From Bacilli bacterium (lineage in GTDB: Bacteria; Bacillota_I; Bacilli_A; RFN20; CAG-826): DNA of 64,000 bases. Positions 48,266 through 57,305 of this stretch are shown here, in pieces. The notes beneath the pieces are model-generated. The model searched no databases, had not been told where the DNA came from, and worked only from the letters and a program-made list of their open reading frames with translations. The stretch is from positions 216,994-280,993 of the forward strand of contig JBGUOH010000003.1 in NCBI GenBank assembly GCA_045117995.1. Reading direction: 5' to 3'. Both the position numbers and the translations under genes were made by a program. How positions within the stretch are numbered: the stretch's first letter is position 1; each line of letters opens with the position of its first letter.

Positions 48266-48721
48266 ATGCTCGAACTTTTATTTCCTTTATCCATCACTTT
48301 AGCGATAGAAGTACCAATCTATTTATTGATGAAATGGAGAGACCTAAAACTCTTCACTGTCGCGAGTATTGCTAACTTAGTTTTAAATCTATTAATGAAT
48401 ATTCTTTTAACCACAGTGATGGCTAATGAGAGTTTGTTTAATTATTATCTTTTCTTATCACTCTATGAAATAGGTACGACATTCGCGGAAGCTATAATCA
48501 TCACTCTTATTTGCAAAATCAAATTCAAAAACACATTATTCCACGCTTTCGTCGCTAATCTATCATCCTTAACTGTGGGTATCCTTCTTAATGATGTTAA
48601 TAATCTTTTCATCACAAGAATAGTGTTAACAATTATCTTCTTCTCCGCTTTTGCGTTTGTGGAAGTAATAACTATTATTCACTTTGTGAAAACAAATAAA
48701 AAAGAAAACGCTATCGAGTAG
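48266..48721 (+). CDS. Hypothetical membrane protein
   Basis: 151 aa, about 5 hydrophobic segments. Confidence 0.7.
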   Translation: MLELLFPLSITLAIEVPIYLLMKWRDLKLFTVASIANLVLNLLMNILLTTVMANESLFNYYLFLSLYEIGTTFAEAIIITLICKIKFKNTLFHAFVANLSSLTVGILLNDVNNLFITRIVLTIIFFSAFAFVEVITIIHFVKTNKKENAIE

Positions 48722-48724
48722 CGT

Positions 48725-49516
48725 TTATCTTCTCTTTCTCGCGGAAGTAATAATTACTGGAGTTAATATCGCTCCAAGAATCAAGGCGAAGAAGGTAATT
48801 AATAAGATCCATAATGCGGAGTTAGTCATGCCACATGAATTGCCTTTATTCTTTGCAACTTCTTCGTAGGCACTGATCTTTTTAATTGTTAATTGATCAA
48901 GGTCTAACTTTTCTTCAGTTCTAAATGTTCTATTTGTGGTGTTGAAGTACATATAGAAGCTCTTATCTACACCTTTATACGTCACATCAATGAACAACGC
49001 TAAGTTGTATTGAGGGATTTGTTCATTATCAACTTTTAAGACATATTGGTTAGCTTTCTTATAGTCTTCTTTAATCTCCGCACCATTGAAGTTCACATCA
49101 GGTAATACATAGTAATAAGTGGAGAATCTAGCGTCAAATCTTTGAGCGAAACTGAATCCGCTACTAACATAGGTGTAATATTTTTCTGATTTACCAGGTC
49201 CGATGCTTTGTTCAGAAAAGACTGGATTAACTGGTTCTAAATCTAAGTTATAAACTCTGCCATTATCACTCGCCACAAAAGGAACAGTAGTGAATGGGGC
49301 GATGTGTTTAGAGCCAACATTCTTCACTTCAATTTCGTAGCAGACATTATTTTCGGTTTTCTTCTTTTCATCCACACCGACATAGTTCACATAAATATCG
49401 ACATTATCGTAACTAGTTGTGACTTTTTTAGGAGCGGGAGAATTAGCCATACATAATGGCATCATCATTAATAAGGGAAATAGTTTCATTCGATTTGTCA
49501 TAATAGCATTATCCAT
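48725..49516 (-). CDS. Hypothetical exported protein with C-terminal TM anchor (start may be 49489)
   Basis: Signal-like MKLFPLLMMMPLCMANSPAP; C-terminal TM followed by RKRR. Confidence 0.7.
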   Translation of the reverse strand: MDNAIMTNRMKLFPLLMMMPLCMANSPAPKKVTTSYDNVDIYVNYVGVDEKKKTENNVCYEIEVKNVGSKHIAPFTTVPFVASDNGRVYNLDLEPVNPVFSEQSIGPGKSEKYYTYVSSGFSFAQRFDARFSTYYYVLPDVNFNGAEIKEDYKKANQYVLKVDNEQIPQYNLALFIDVTYKGVDKSFYMYFNTTNRTFRTEEKLDLDQLTIKKISAYEEVAKNKGNSCGMTNSALWILLITFFALILGAILTPVIITSARKRR

Positions 49517-49843
49517 TTCTGAAATAGCAAACGCAATCTTTGCTTTCGCTAATTAGACGTTTAACAAGGGTGAAAACTGCTAAGAAATAGTGCTTTGCTA
49601 TTATTTATCGAATTCTCAAGAAGGCCCTTATCTTCTATAAGTAGGGGATGTATTTGAGCAAATTAATAATGTCGTAGCGGCTTCCGTCTCGTTAATCTAT
49701 TAGGCATAATTTTTGATAAATAGTGAATCAATTATTGTAATTATATCAACAAGTTGATATAATATTATTAGGAAATATGGATGTGGGGAATGAAAATGCA
49801 TTTAGCATTTATTTCCCTTTTCTTATATTTCGAAAGGATAAGT

Positions 49844-50992
49844 ATGACTAAGACAGTTAAAAGAACATATCGCTTTAGAATCTATCCTAATCCTTCTCAA
49901 AAAGAGTTAATTGAGAAAACTTTAGGGTGTTCTCGTCAAGTCTATAACGACTTCCTTTCGATGTGCATTGAATCTTATGAAGTTGATCATAATAGGATAG
50001 TTAATAAGTATGATTTAATTAAGCTTCTTCCTGAATATAAAAAGACATTCCCATATTTAAAAGAAGTTGATTCTATCGCGCTTCAACAAACAGTTATCCA
50101 TTTATATGATGCCTATATGAATTTCTTTAGACATAATGCTGAATTCCCAAAATTTAAAAAGAAAAAGAATGATTATGGTTATACGACCATGAATACAAAT
50201 AACTCTATTCGTTTCATTGAGGATGATATCCAAATCCCAAAACTAGGTAGAGTTAAAGTAAAACTTCATCGCCATTTACCAGAATCATTTAAATTCACCA
50301 TGGTCAGTGTTTCTCGTTTGGGTAGACATTACTACGTTTCTTTACTGGGCGAAGAAGAATACTTTGACTACGGAGAATACATCAAGGAATCTCTAGACCC
50401 TAATAATTCCATTGGATTAGATTTTTCTTTATCTCATCTCTTCGTTGATAGTAACGGTAGTCACTTAGATATGCCGACTTATTATCAAGATTCTCTGACT
50501 AAATTAGCAAAAGAGCAAAGAAAGCTATCCCACATGAAGAAAGATTCATCTCATTATCAAAAACAATTAATGAGAATCAAAAATCTTCATGAACATATTG
50601 CTAATCAAAGAAAAGATTTTCTTCATAAGGTTTCTAGAAAAATGGCAAACACTTATGATTATGTTTTCGTGGAGAATTTAGATTTACAAGGAATAAGTAA
50701 AAGAAAAACTGATTTAAAATTTGGAATAACCATTTTTGATTTGGGTTATGGAACTTTTCTTAATTATCTTTCTTATAAGATGAATTGGCTTAATAAGCAT
50801 CTAGTTAAAGTGGATAGATATTTCCCCTCTAGTCAATTATGCTCCAACTGTAACTATCGAAAAAGCGATTTAACGCTTAATCAAAGGAGTTGGGTTTGTC
50901 CTATTTGTGGCTTCAAACATGACCGCGACTATAATGCAGCGATTAACATCAAAAAAGAAGGAATAAGAATGATCCTTAATCCTTCTAATTAA
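49844..50992 (+). CDS. tnpB: TnpB RNA-guided endonuclease family
   Basis: YRFRIYPN HTH; GLDFS, VENL, DRDYNAAIN RuvC D-E-D; CSNC/CPIC Zn finger. Confidence 0.95.
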   Translation: MTKTVKRTYRFRIYPNPSQKELIEKTLGCSRQVYNDFLSMCIESYEVDHNRIVNKYDLIKLLPEYKKTFPYLKEVDSIALQQTVIHLYDAYMNFFRHNAEFPKFKKKKNDYGYTTMNTNNSIRFIEDDIQIPKLGRVKVKLHRHLPESFKFTMVSVSRLGRHYYVSLLGEEEYFDYGEYIKESLDPNNSIGLDFSLSHLFVDSNGSHLDMPTYYQDSLTKLAKEQRKLSHMKKDSSHYQKQLMRIKNLHEHIANQRKDFLHKVSRKMANTYDYVFVENLDLQGISKRKTDLKFGITIFDLGYGTFLNYLSYKMNWLNKHLVKVDRYFPSSQLCSNCNYRKSDLTLNQRSWVCPICGFKHDRDYNAAINIKKEGIRMILNPSN

Positions 50993-51132
50993 TTTCAATC
51001 TAAACAAGTTCGGATATCTTATAGTAAAATATCCTTAACCGAGGGACTCTCGGGGATAGCCCATTGATACTGAATTCGTTAGAGTTCTTGAGTGGGAAGC
51101 CCCCATCTTCTATAAGTGGGGGAGGATGTCAC
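50993..51132 (+). ncRNA. Probable omegaRNA (reRNA) scaffold; 5' boundary approximate
   Basis: CCGAG-GGACT-CTCGG stem, GGATAGCCCA...TGGGAAG and terminal hairpin ending TCAC; guide would begin at 51133. Confidence 0.7.
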
Positions 51133-51162
51133 TATTAGAAAATATAATAAAATGTGGTGCAT

Positions 51163-52617
51163 ATGAAGAAAGCGCTCGCCCTAACGACATGCCTCGTCGC
51201 TCTTCTATTTTCTTTATTAGGCTGCAACAATAATCAAAATAACAAGAGTGGCTCTAAAGGCAATAACTCATCCCATATCGTTTCTCTCGACATTGTCGCC
51301 TTCAATGATTTCCATGGCAACACCCTCGATAGCGATACTGGTTTAGGTTTGGCTAAAACAACTTCTTTAATTAATGAATTAACTAAACATAGTAATAATA
51401 GATTATTAATCTCCCAAGGAGATATGTGGCAAGGCTCCGCAGAAAGCAACCTTACCCATGGTAACTTAGTAACTGAATGGATGAACGAACAAGGCTTTTC
51501 ATCCATGACTTTAGGTAACCATGAATTTGACTGGGGACAAGATGATATTGTCTCTAACAAAGAATTAGCAACCTTCCCATTCTTAGCGATTAATGTCTAT
51601 AGTACAGAAACTAACTCACTTGTCAGCTATTGCCAACCATCCACAATCGCAAAAATCGGTAGTGCAAAAATCGGTATTATCGGGGCTATTGGTGATTGTT
51701 ATTCGTCTATCTCTTCTTCGCAAGTTAAAGGCATCTATTTTAAGGTGGGAGATGAACTCACTTCCCTTGTTAAAGCGGAGGCAAAATCCTTAAAAGAGCA
51801 GGGATGTGACTTTATTATCTACTCCATTCACGATGATGACAGTGCTTATAATTTAGACTTAAGCAACGACTATGTTGATCTTGTTTTGGAAGGTCATACA
51901 CATAAAAATTACGTCAAAAAAGACGCTAAAGGTGTCTACCACGTTCAAGGTGGTGGCTATAACAAGAGTGTGCCATATATCAGTCTTGATATTGACACAG
52001 CCAAAGACACCTATGAAATCAAAAACATTAAAAGTGTGTACACTAATGACTATTGGAAACTAGAAGATAACGCTAATACATTAAAGCTCTTTGATAAATA
52101 TCAAAGTGTGATTGGTACTGCTAGAATGCCGATTGGTGTTAACTCCTCTAGAAGAGATTCCACATTCTTAAGAAATCTTGTGAGTGAACTCTATCTAGAA
52201 GCGGGTCTAGAAAAGTGGGGCGAACAATATAACATCTTCTTAGGTGGTGGTTATATTTCATGCCGCTCTCCATATTATTTGCCGTCCGGAGATGTCAGCT
52301 ATGCTGATTTATATAATCTCTTCCCGTTTGATAATGATATCCAACTTTGTTCCGTCAGTGGTTATTATCTCTTAAAACAGTTCATTAATACGGATAACGA
52401 AAACTACTTCATCAACTATTCTGAATATGGTGAAGGATTAGTGAATAATGTCGAAAATAATGGGACATATTATATCGTTACAGATTCATATTGTTCAGAC
52501 TATGGCCCTAACAATTTAACTGTGGTTGATACATATGATAGAGATTGTTACTATGCCCGTGATTTATTAAAAGATTACATCGTTGAGGGTGGATTAGAAA
52601 ACAAGATTACAAAGTAA
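51163..52617 (+). CDS. 5'-nucleotidase / calcineurin-like metallophosphatase lipoprotein
   Basis: LLGC lipobox; NDFHG, QGDMWQG, GNHEFDWG, GHTH, FPFDN. Confidence 0.9.
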   Translation: MKKALALTTCLVALLFSLLGCNNNQNNKSGSKGNNSSHIVSLDIVAFNDFHGNTLDSDTGLGLAKTTSLINELTKHSNNRLLISQGDMWQGSAESNLTHGNLVTEWMNEQGFSSMTLGNHEFDWGQDDIVSNKELATFPFLAINVYSTETNSLVSYCQPSTIAKIGSAKIGIIGAIGDCYSSISSSQVKGIYFKVGDELTSLVKAEAKSLKEQGCDFIIYSIHDDDSAYNLDLSNDYVDLVLEGHTHKNYVKKDAKGVYHVQGGGYNKSVPYISLDIDTAKDTYEIKNIKSVYTNDYWKLEDNANTLKLFDKYQSVIGTARMPIGVNSSRRDSTFLRNLVSELYLEAGLEKWGEQYNIFLGGGYISCRSPYYLPSGDVSYADLYNLFPFDNDIQLCSVSGYYLLKQFINTDNENYFINYSEYGEGLVNNVENNGTYYIVTDSYCSDYGPNNLTVVDTYDRDCYYARDLLKDYIVEGGLENKITK

Positions 52618-52742
52618 TCTACTTTCTGATAATTTTTAAGTAGAATTAAGGTTTTTCGTAATAGAAAAATCTTTTTTATTAATAGATTTATAAAATTTAT
52701 TAATTCTCATAAGATACTCTCGGTCCCAAAGGAGGGTTACTT

Positions 52743-53624
52743 ATGGCAATTAAGATTTACGCTGATGCCGGTAGCAATTTATTCTCAGGCATCATCAAGA
52801 AAAGAAACGCAGACATCACAATTGTGAATATGTCATTAACCATTGATGAAAAAATCTATCAATGTTACGAAGATAAAATCGATGTTGATCAATTCTCTCA
52901 CTCTTTCTACGAGAAAATGCGTGAAGGAAGAAGTATTAATACATCACAAATTACACCATATACTTACGAACAAGCTTTTAAAAAAGATATCGAAGAAGGT
53001 AATCAAATTATCTGCTTCGTCATGGCAAAAGGCATCTCAGGTACATATAACTCCGCTTGTATTGCTAGAGACAACATCAATAGAGAACAAGGCAAAGAAA
53101 TGGTCTATATCGTTGATAGTGCAACCGCAGGCTTTGGTGAAGGCTTACAAGCACTCCATGCCTATGAATTAGTGAAGAAGGGTATGAGTTTTAAAGATAT
53201 TTGCTATGAATGTGAAAAGTTCAAATTCCAAGTGAGAAGCGAATTCACTGTCGGTGATATCAAATATCTCATTAAGAAGGGTAGAGTATCCGCTTTATTA
53301 GCGAAGTTCATTAACTTCTTAAGAATCAAATTCATCCTTAAAGGTAGTAATAAATCTAAGATTGAAGTGGCTGGTAAAGTCAGTGGTCGTAAGATGGCCT
53401 TACGTCGTCTTGCGGAAACTTGCATCGCTAAAATCAGGCATCCAGAAAAACAAACAGTTTATATCTCCCACTGCGACGCTTATGATGATGCTTTATCCGT
53501 AAAGAACTACTTGGTAGACCATGGCATTAAGAACGTGGAAATCTATTTCTATGACCTGATTACTGGCGCACACATTGGTCCAGATTCCTTAGCGGTTTTC
53601 TATGTCGGAGAAAATCGCGATTAA
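52743..53624 (+). CDS. DegV family fatty-acid-binding protein
   Basis: TSQI, ISGTYNSA, VDS, YLIKKGR, GAHIGP. Confidence 0.9.
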   Translation: MAIKIYADAGSNLFSGIIKKRNADITIVNMSLTIDEKIYQCYEDKIDVDQFSHSFYEKMREGRSINTSQITPYTYEQAFKKDIEEGNQIICFVMAKGISGTYNSACIARDNINREQGKEMVYIVDSATAGFGEGLQALHAYELVKKGMSFKDICYECEKFKFQVRSEFTVGDIKYLIKKGRVSALLAKFINFLRIKFILKGSNKSKIEVAGKVSGRKMALRRLAETCIAKIRHPEKQTVYISHCDAYDDALSVKNYLVDHGIKNVEIYFYDLITGAHIGPDSLAVFYVGENRD

Positions 53625-53679
53625 TTAATAAAAATTAGTGTTTCTATCTTTTTCATCACTGTTATATAATTAACTCACT

Positions 53680-53766
53680 GCCCGAGTGGTGAAACTGGTA
53701 GACGCACTGGACTCAAAATCCAGCGGTAGCGATACCGTGCCGGTTCGATTCCGGCCTCGGGCACCA
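53680..53766 (+). tRNA. tRNA-Leu(CAA)
   Basis: CTGGA-CTCAAAA-TCCAG anticodon arm; long variable arm; CCA end. Confidence 0.95.
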
Positions 53767-53825
53767 CTTAGACAAAATGCCCTGTTAATTCAGGGCTTTT
53801 TCTTATATATTAAATAGGAAATAAT

Positions 53826-54116
53826 ATGGCAAGCTCAAACGATTATTTACAGTTCATCTTAGAACTTCTTAGAGAAACTAGAGGCATCACCTATAAAAAG
53901 ATGATGGGGGAATTTATGCTTTATAAAGACGCTATCCTTTTTGGTGGTATCTATGATAATCGTTTCCTTATTAAGAAAACCAAATCAGTGGAAAATCTTG
54001 GATTAAAAGATCAAATCCCATATCCAAATGCAAAAGCAATGCTTCTTGTTGATTCAGAAGATCCAGATGAAATTAAAGAACTTGTAGACCTAGTGGTTAA
54101 AGGCTTAAAAAAATAA
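53826..54116 (+). CDS. TfoX N-terminal domain protein
   Basis: YKKMMGEFMLY....FGGIYDNRFLIK, PYPNAK. Confidence 0.85.
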   Translation: MASSNDYLQFILELLRETRGITYKKMMGEFMLYKDAILFGGIYDNRFLIKKTKSVENLGLKDQIPYPNAKAMLLVDSEDPDEIKELVDLVVKGLKK

Positions 54117-54118
54117 CC

Positions 54119-55264
54119 CTAGATTGTGTCAGGGTTATTGTTATTGCTACAAAGTTTCTTTTGTAGTTGATTTATCTGTTCTTGGCTTAAGCCAACATTT
54201 AACATGTAGTTATTAGCCATACTATGGAAGTTAACGAATGTTAATGCACCTTGCTTTTCAAATCCAAAGACATACTTAATCATTTCATCGATGTGTAGTT
54301 GTTTAATGACTTCGTATTTCTTGGTGCCTTTTTCAATGCCATAGTAGTTCATATAAGTGATAAAGTAATCATCAATTAATTCTTCGTAAGTCGCACCGCA
54401 TAAGGCTTCAAGAACCATACAAACGTAACCAGTTCTATCTTTACCTTCTAAACAATGCACATAATATGGTCCATCATTTTCTAGCATTGATAAGAATAAT
54501 GTTTTCATCTTATTGGTGAAATCTTCGGCTTTATAGGCTGCCGCCATGCCTAAGAAGACGACTTTGTTTTTATTTTGTAAGCCTTTGAAGTAGTCGTGAA
54601 TAGTGTACTTACTACCACCGATCGCGGATTCCTTATCCGCTAAATCGATATTGTATTGAATATTATTCTTTTCTAATAGTTCATCAACAATCGCGCTTCT
54701 AGAACGAGAGTTATCAATCGGGGAAGCACCTCTATAAAGCATCTTTGGTTGGATTTGACCAACATTCACTTCCCTAAAGTTAGCGAATTGTTCATCGCTG
54801 GTGTATTGTTTTCTATCATCGCTATAGGAAATAGATAATGTTTCTTCAACGTCTTTATATTTGCCTACTTCATTAATGGTAATAGTGACCTTTGTGTTTT
54901 CATTAAATTCATGTTCTGCATAAACATCTTCACCATAGTTAATACAGAACTTAATGTTTTCATAGCCCTTATAACCAACCACTAGTTCTTGTCCTGCTGG
55001 AACATAATAACCACTGTAGTAGCCAATATCATCATACTTAACGGTTTTATCGCCAGTGGTGAATACGAGATTCACACTGTCACCAAAAGCGAAACCTAAA
55101 TCATTAAATTCTTGGATACCAATATTGATATAAGCGCCACCAAATTCATCGTCGTGGTGAATCGCATAGTTCTCTAGTTTTGGTGTCTTTTCTTTTTGCT
55201 TATTACAAGCAGTAAATGAGAATGTTGAAATAACAATTGGAAGGATAAAAAGTGTCTTTTTCAT
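54119..55264 (-). CDS. Protein-tyrosine-phosphatase-fold lipoprotein
   Basis: FTAC lipobox; NFRE, LYRGASP, HCLEGKDRTG (CX5R). Confidence 0.85.
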   Translation of the reverse strand: MKKTLFILPIVISTFSFTACNKQKEKTPKLENYAIHHDDEFGGAYINIGIQEFNDLGFAFGDSVNLVFTTGDKTVKYDDIGYYSGYYVPAGQELVVGYKGYENIKFCINYGEDVYAEHEFNENTKVTITINEVGKYKDVEETLSISYSDDRKQYTSDEQFANFREVNVGQIQPKMLYRGASPIDNSRSRSAIVDELLEKNNIQYNIDLADKESAIGGSKYTIHDYFKGLQNKNKVVFLGMAAAYKAEDFTNKMKTLFLSMLENDGPYYVHCLEGKDRTGYVCMVLEALCGATYEELIDDYFITYMNYYGIEKGTKKYEVIKQLHIDEMIKYVFGFEKQGALTFVNFHSMANNYMLNVGLSQEQINQLQKKLCSNNNNPDTI

Positions 55265-55383
55265 ACCCTTATTATCGTTTATTTTTTAAATAAATTAAAG
55301 AACGTGGATACAAAGTATTGATTTATTCTAAATAAATTAACTTTCAGCGTACTTGTTTGCTATAATGAAAGTAGGAAAAAAGT

Positions 55384-55929
55384 ATGACTATTAGTGAGAA
55401 AAAGTCTTTTAAAGCAAACATCATTGATCAAGAAGGCTTTTATAGAAAAGTCCGTCTTAGAGTCAAAGATGAAACCATCTATGAAGATAGAGGTGGCTTT
55501 TATCGTATTTTTGTCACTATTCTCCTATGCATTACCATTATTGGTATCTTCTTCCTAGAATGGTCAAACAAGGATCCTGAACGTTATCACAAGCTCTTCG
55601 CGATGAACGAAGTTAGAGCTATTAAAAGAGTTAATCTTGTGATGTCCCCTAATAGTAAGAAAGAAGTAAGAGCAATAGCCCTCGCAATTGGCTATGACCA
55701 AATGTTTTACATTCACACTAAAGAAGATAGTGATTTAGTGAGATTCATAAATGAACATTATTACGACGAATTATCTCATGAAGATTATCAAAGAGTCGGT
55801 AAGAAATATGAAAACCATATTCAAATGTTCAGAGACACTAATAAATATGCTCCTTTAGTTCTTGTTCTCATCATCCTTATTATTGCTGTTGCAATATTAA
55901 CACCAGTTATCGTTAATTCTCTTGTTTAG
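55384..55929 (+). CDS. Hypothetical membrane protein
   Basis: RBS AGGA; 2 TM segments. Confidence 0.7.
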   Translation: MTISEKKSFKANIIDQEGFYRKVRLRVKDETIYEDRGGFYRIFVTILLCITIIGIFFLEWSNKDPERYHKLFAMNEVRAIKRVNLVMSPNSKKEVRAIALAIGYDQMFYIHTKEDSDLVRFINEHYYDELSHEDYQRVGKKYENHIQMFRDTNKYAPLVLVLIILIIAVAILTPVIVNSLV

Positions 55930-55978
55930 CAATTTTCAGTCATTAAATCGTCTAATTAGTGAGAGGTGGTGAAAAGAT

Positions 55979-56362
55979 ATGGAAAACAAATTCAAAACAA
56001 TCAATCTCAACAAACGCGTTATTACAATTGTAGTGGCCGCTATTTGTGCGCTCTTAATTTTGTTTTTAATCATTCCTTGGTATCACGTAAGTGACTATGA
56101 CTATTCACATGGTCTTCCACCAACACACATTTCTTATTATTCTTCTCCTTTATCAATCACTCTTGGTTTAGGTTTACCACCAGCACTAGTGGCCTTAGTG
56201 GCCCTTATTACTGATATGGTTTGCTTATTCAGTGACTTCTTTGTTATCGATTTGAAACACAGAAGAATGATTAGAATTGGTAGTTTAATCTTATTTGCTG
56301 CCTCTGTTCTCTTAGTCATCGCTGCTTTCTTAGCGATGTTTCTAGGAGCCACTAATAAGTAG
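55979..56362 (+). CDS. Hypothetical membrane protein
   Basis: RBS GAGGTG; 3 TM segments. Confidence 0.7.
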   Translation: MENKFKTINLNKRVITIVVAAICALLILFLIIPWYHVSDYDYSHGLPPTHISYYSSPLSITLGLGLPPALVALVALITDMVCLFSDFFVIDLKHRRMIRIGSLILFAASVLLVIAAFLAMFLGATNK

Positions 56363-56370
56363 GTAGTGAT

Positions 56371-57123
56371 ATGAAAACTAGATATTTAATCCCATTAGCA
56401 TTATTTTCAATAATCCTTGCGGGTTGTGATAAACCAATCCAAGAAAACTGTGGTTGTCTTCCAGGTACAACGGTGCATCGTGAGTTTTATCGATTGACTG
56501 TAAACGGTGTTAGTGAAGACATTTGTCCAGACGCCCCTAAACAAGGTGAACATGCTGGACTAGAATTGATTAAGTTTAAAATCAAGTGTGTCACAGATGT
56601 GACATTCTATGCTTTCTTGGACAATGAAAGATTAACCCCTGTTCAGGAAACTAATAGACTTGGTTATTATTCATATTATGAATTCCTCATGCCAGAACAT
56701 GACGCGACATTAACAATTACTAGTGAGAGATACTTTGTTGATAAAGATTACTCTTTAAGCGAAGTTTCTCCTATTGGTGTTAGTCCTAGCCAAGTGAATA
56801 AAATCAAACTTGAACAAGGCTATATCGGTGTTGATCCAGAAACCGCTAATCCGACAGTCACTTATAGTGAAGATAGAGAAGATATCGAGTATAACGCTGA
56901 TATTACTACTGGACCATATCTAGTTAAAAGCGATGATCCAATGCCACCAGGTGGTAGTTATGTTACCGTCACTTTCTACTATAAAAGTGGTGCGGAATCA
57001 TCGATCACGATTGAAAACGATATGTATATCATTAGGAGTTTCTCAGGCTTACAATTATTCAAGTTTAAGAAAGACGCTCCAAGGTTTGAAATCAAACATC
57101 CAATGACAGGCGATAATAGGTAA
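56371..57123 (+). CDS. Hypothetical lipoprotein
   Basis: ILAGC lipobox; FLMPEHDATLTI repeat-like end motif. Confidence 0.7.
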   Translation: MKTRYLIPLALFSIILAGCDKPIQENCGCLPGTTVHREFYRLTVNGVSEDICPDAPKQGEHAGLELIKFKIKCVTDVTFYAFLDNERLTPVQETNRLGYYSYYEFLMPEHDATLTITSERYFVDKDYSLSEVSPIGVSPSQVNKIKLEQGYIGVDPETANPTVTYSEDREDIEYNADITTGPYLVKSDDPMPPGGSYVTVTFYYKSGAESSITIENDMYIIRSFSGLQLFKFKKDAPRFEIKHPMTGDNR

Positions 57124-57203
57124 ATCTATTACCGCTTTTTATTTACATAACTTTAAAAGTCATTTACTATGTATACGTGCTTAGCACAAACATACGAATA
57201 TTT

Positions 57204-57282
57204 AAAAGCGGGAGTAGCGAAGTTAGAATCTCGTCAACACGGTGAATAACCCGGGACCTAACCAGTTCATGAGCAAGACGCA
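57204..57282 (+). ncRNA. yybP-ykoY (Mn2+) riboswitch
   Basis: GGGAGTAGC...CGTCAACA...GCAAGAC conserved elements upstream of a P-type ATPase. Confidence 0.82.
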
Positions 57283-57305
57283 AAATCTTTTTGGAGGGAC
57301 AAAAT

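Larger units (their letters stand above)
49609..51132 (+). mobile_element. IS200/IS605 family solo-tnpB element (IS1341-like, non-autonomous)
   Basis: Left hairpin CCCTTATCTTCTATAAGTAGGGG 49625-49647; right hairpin CCCCCATCTTCTATAAGTGGGGG 51100-51122; right end TCAC 51129-51132; left boundary after TTTAT less certain. Confidence 0.82.

Noticed and set aside
53680..57123. Genomic island at tRNA-Leu
   Set aside because: No integrase and no repeat of the tRNA 3' end seen downstream
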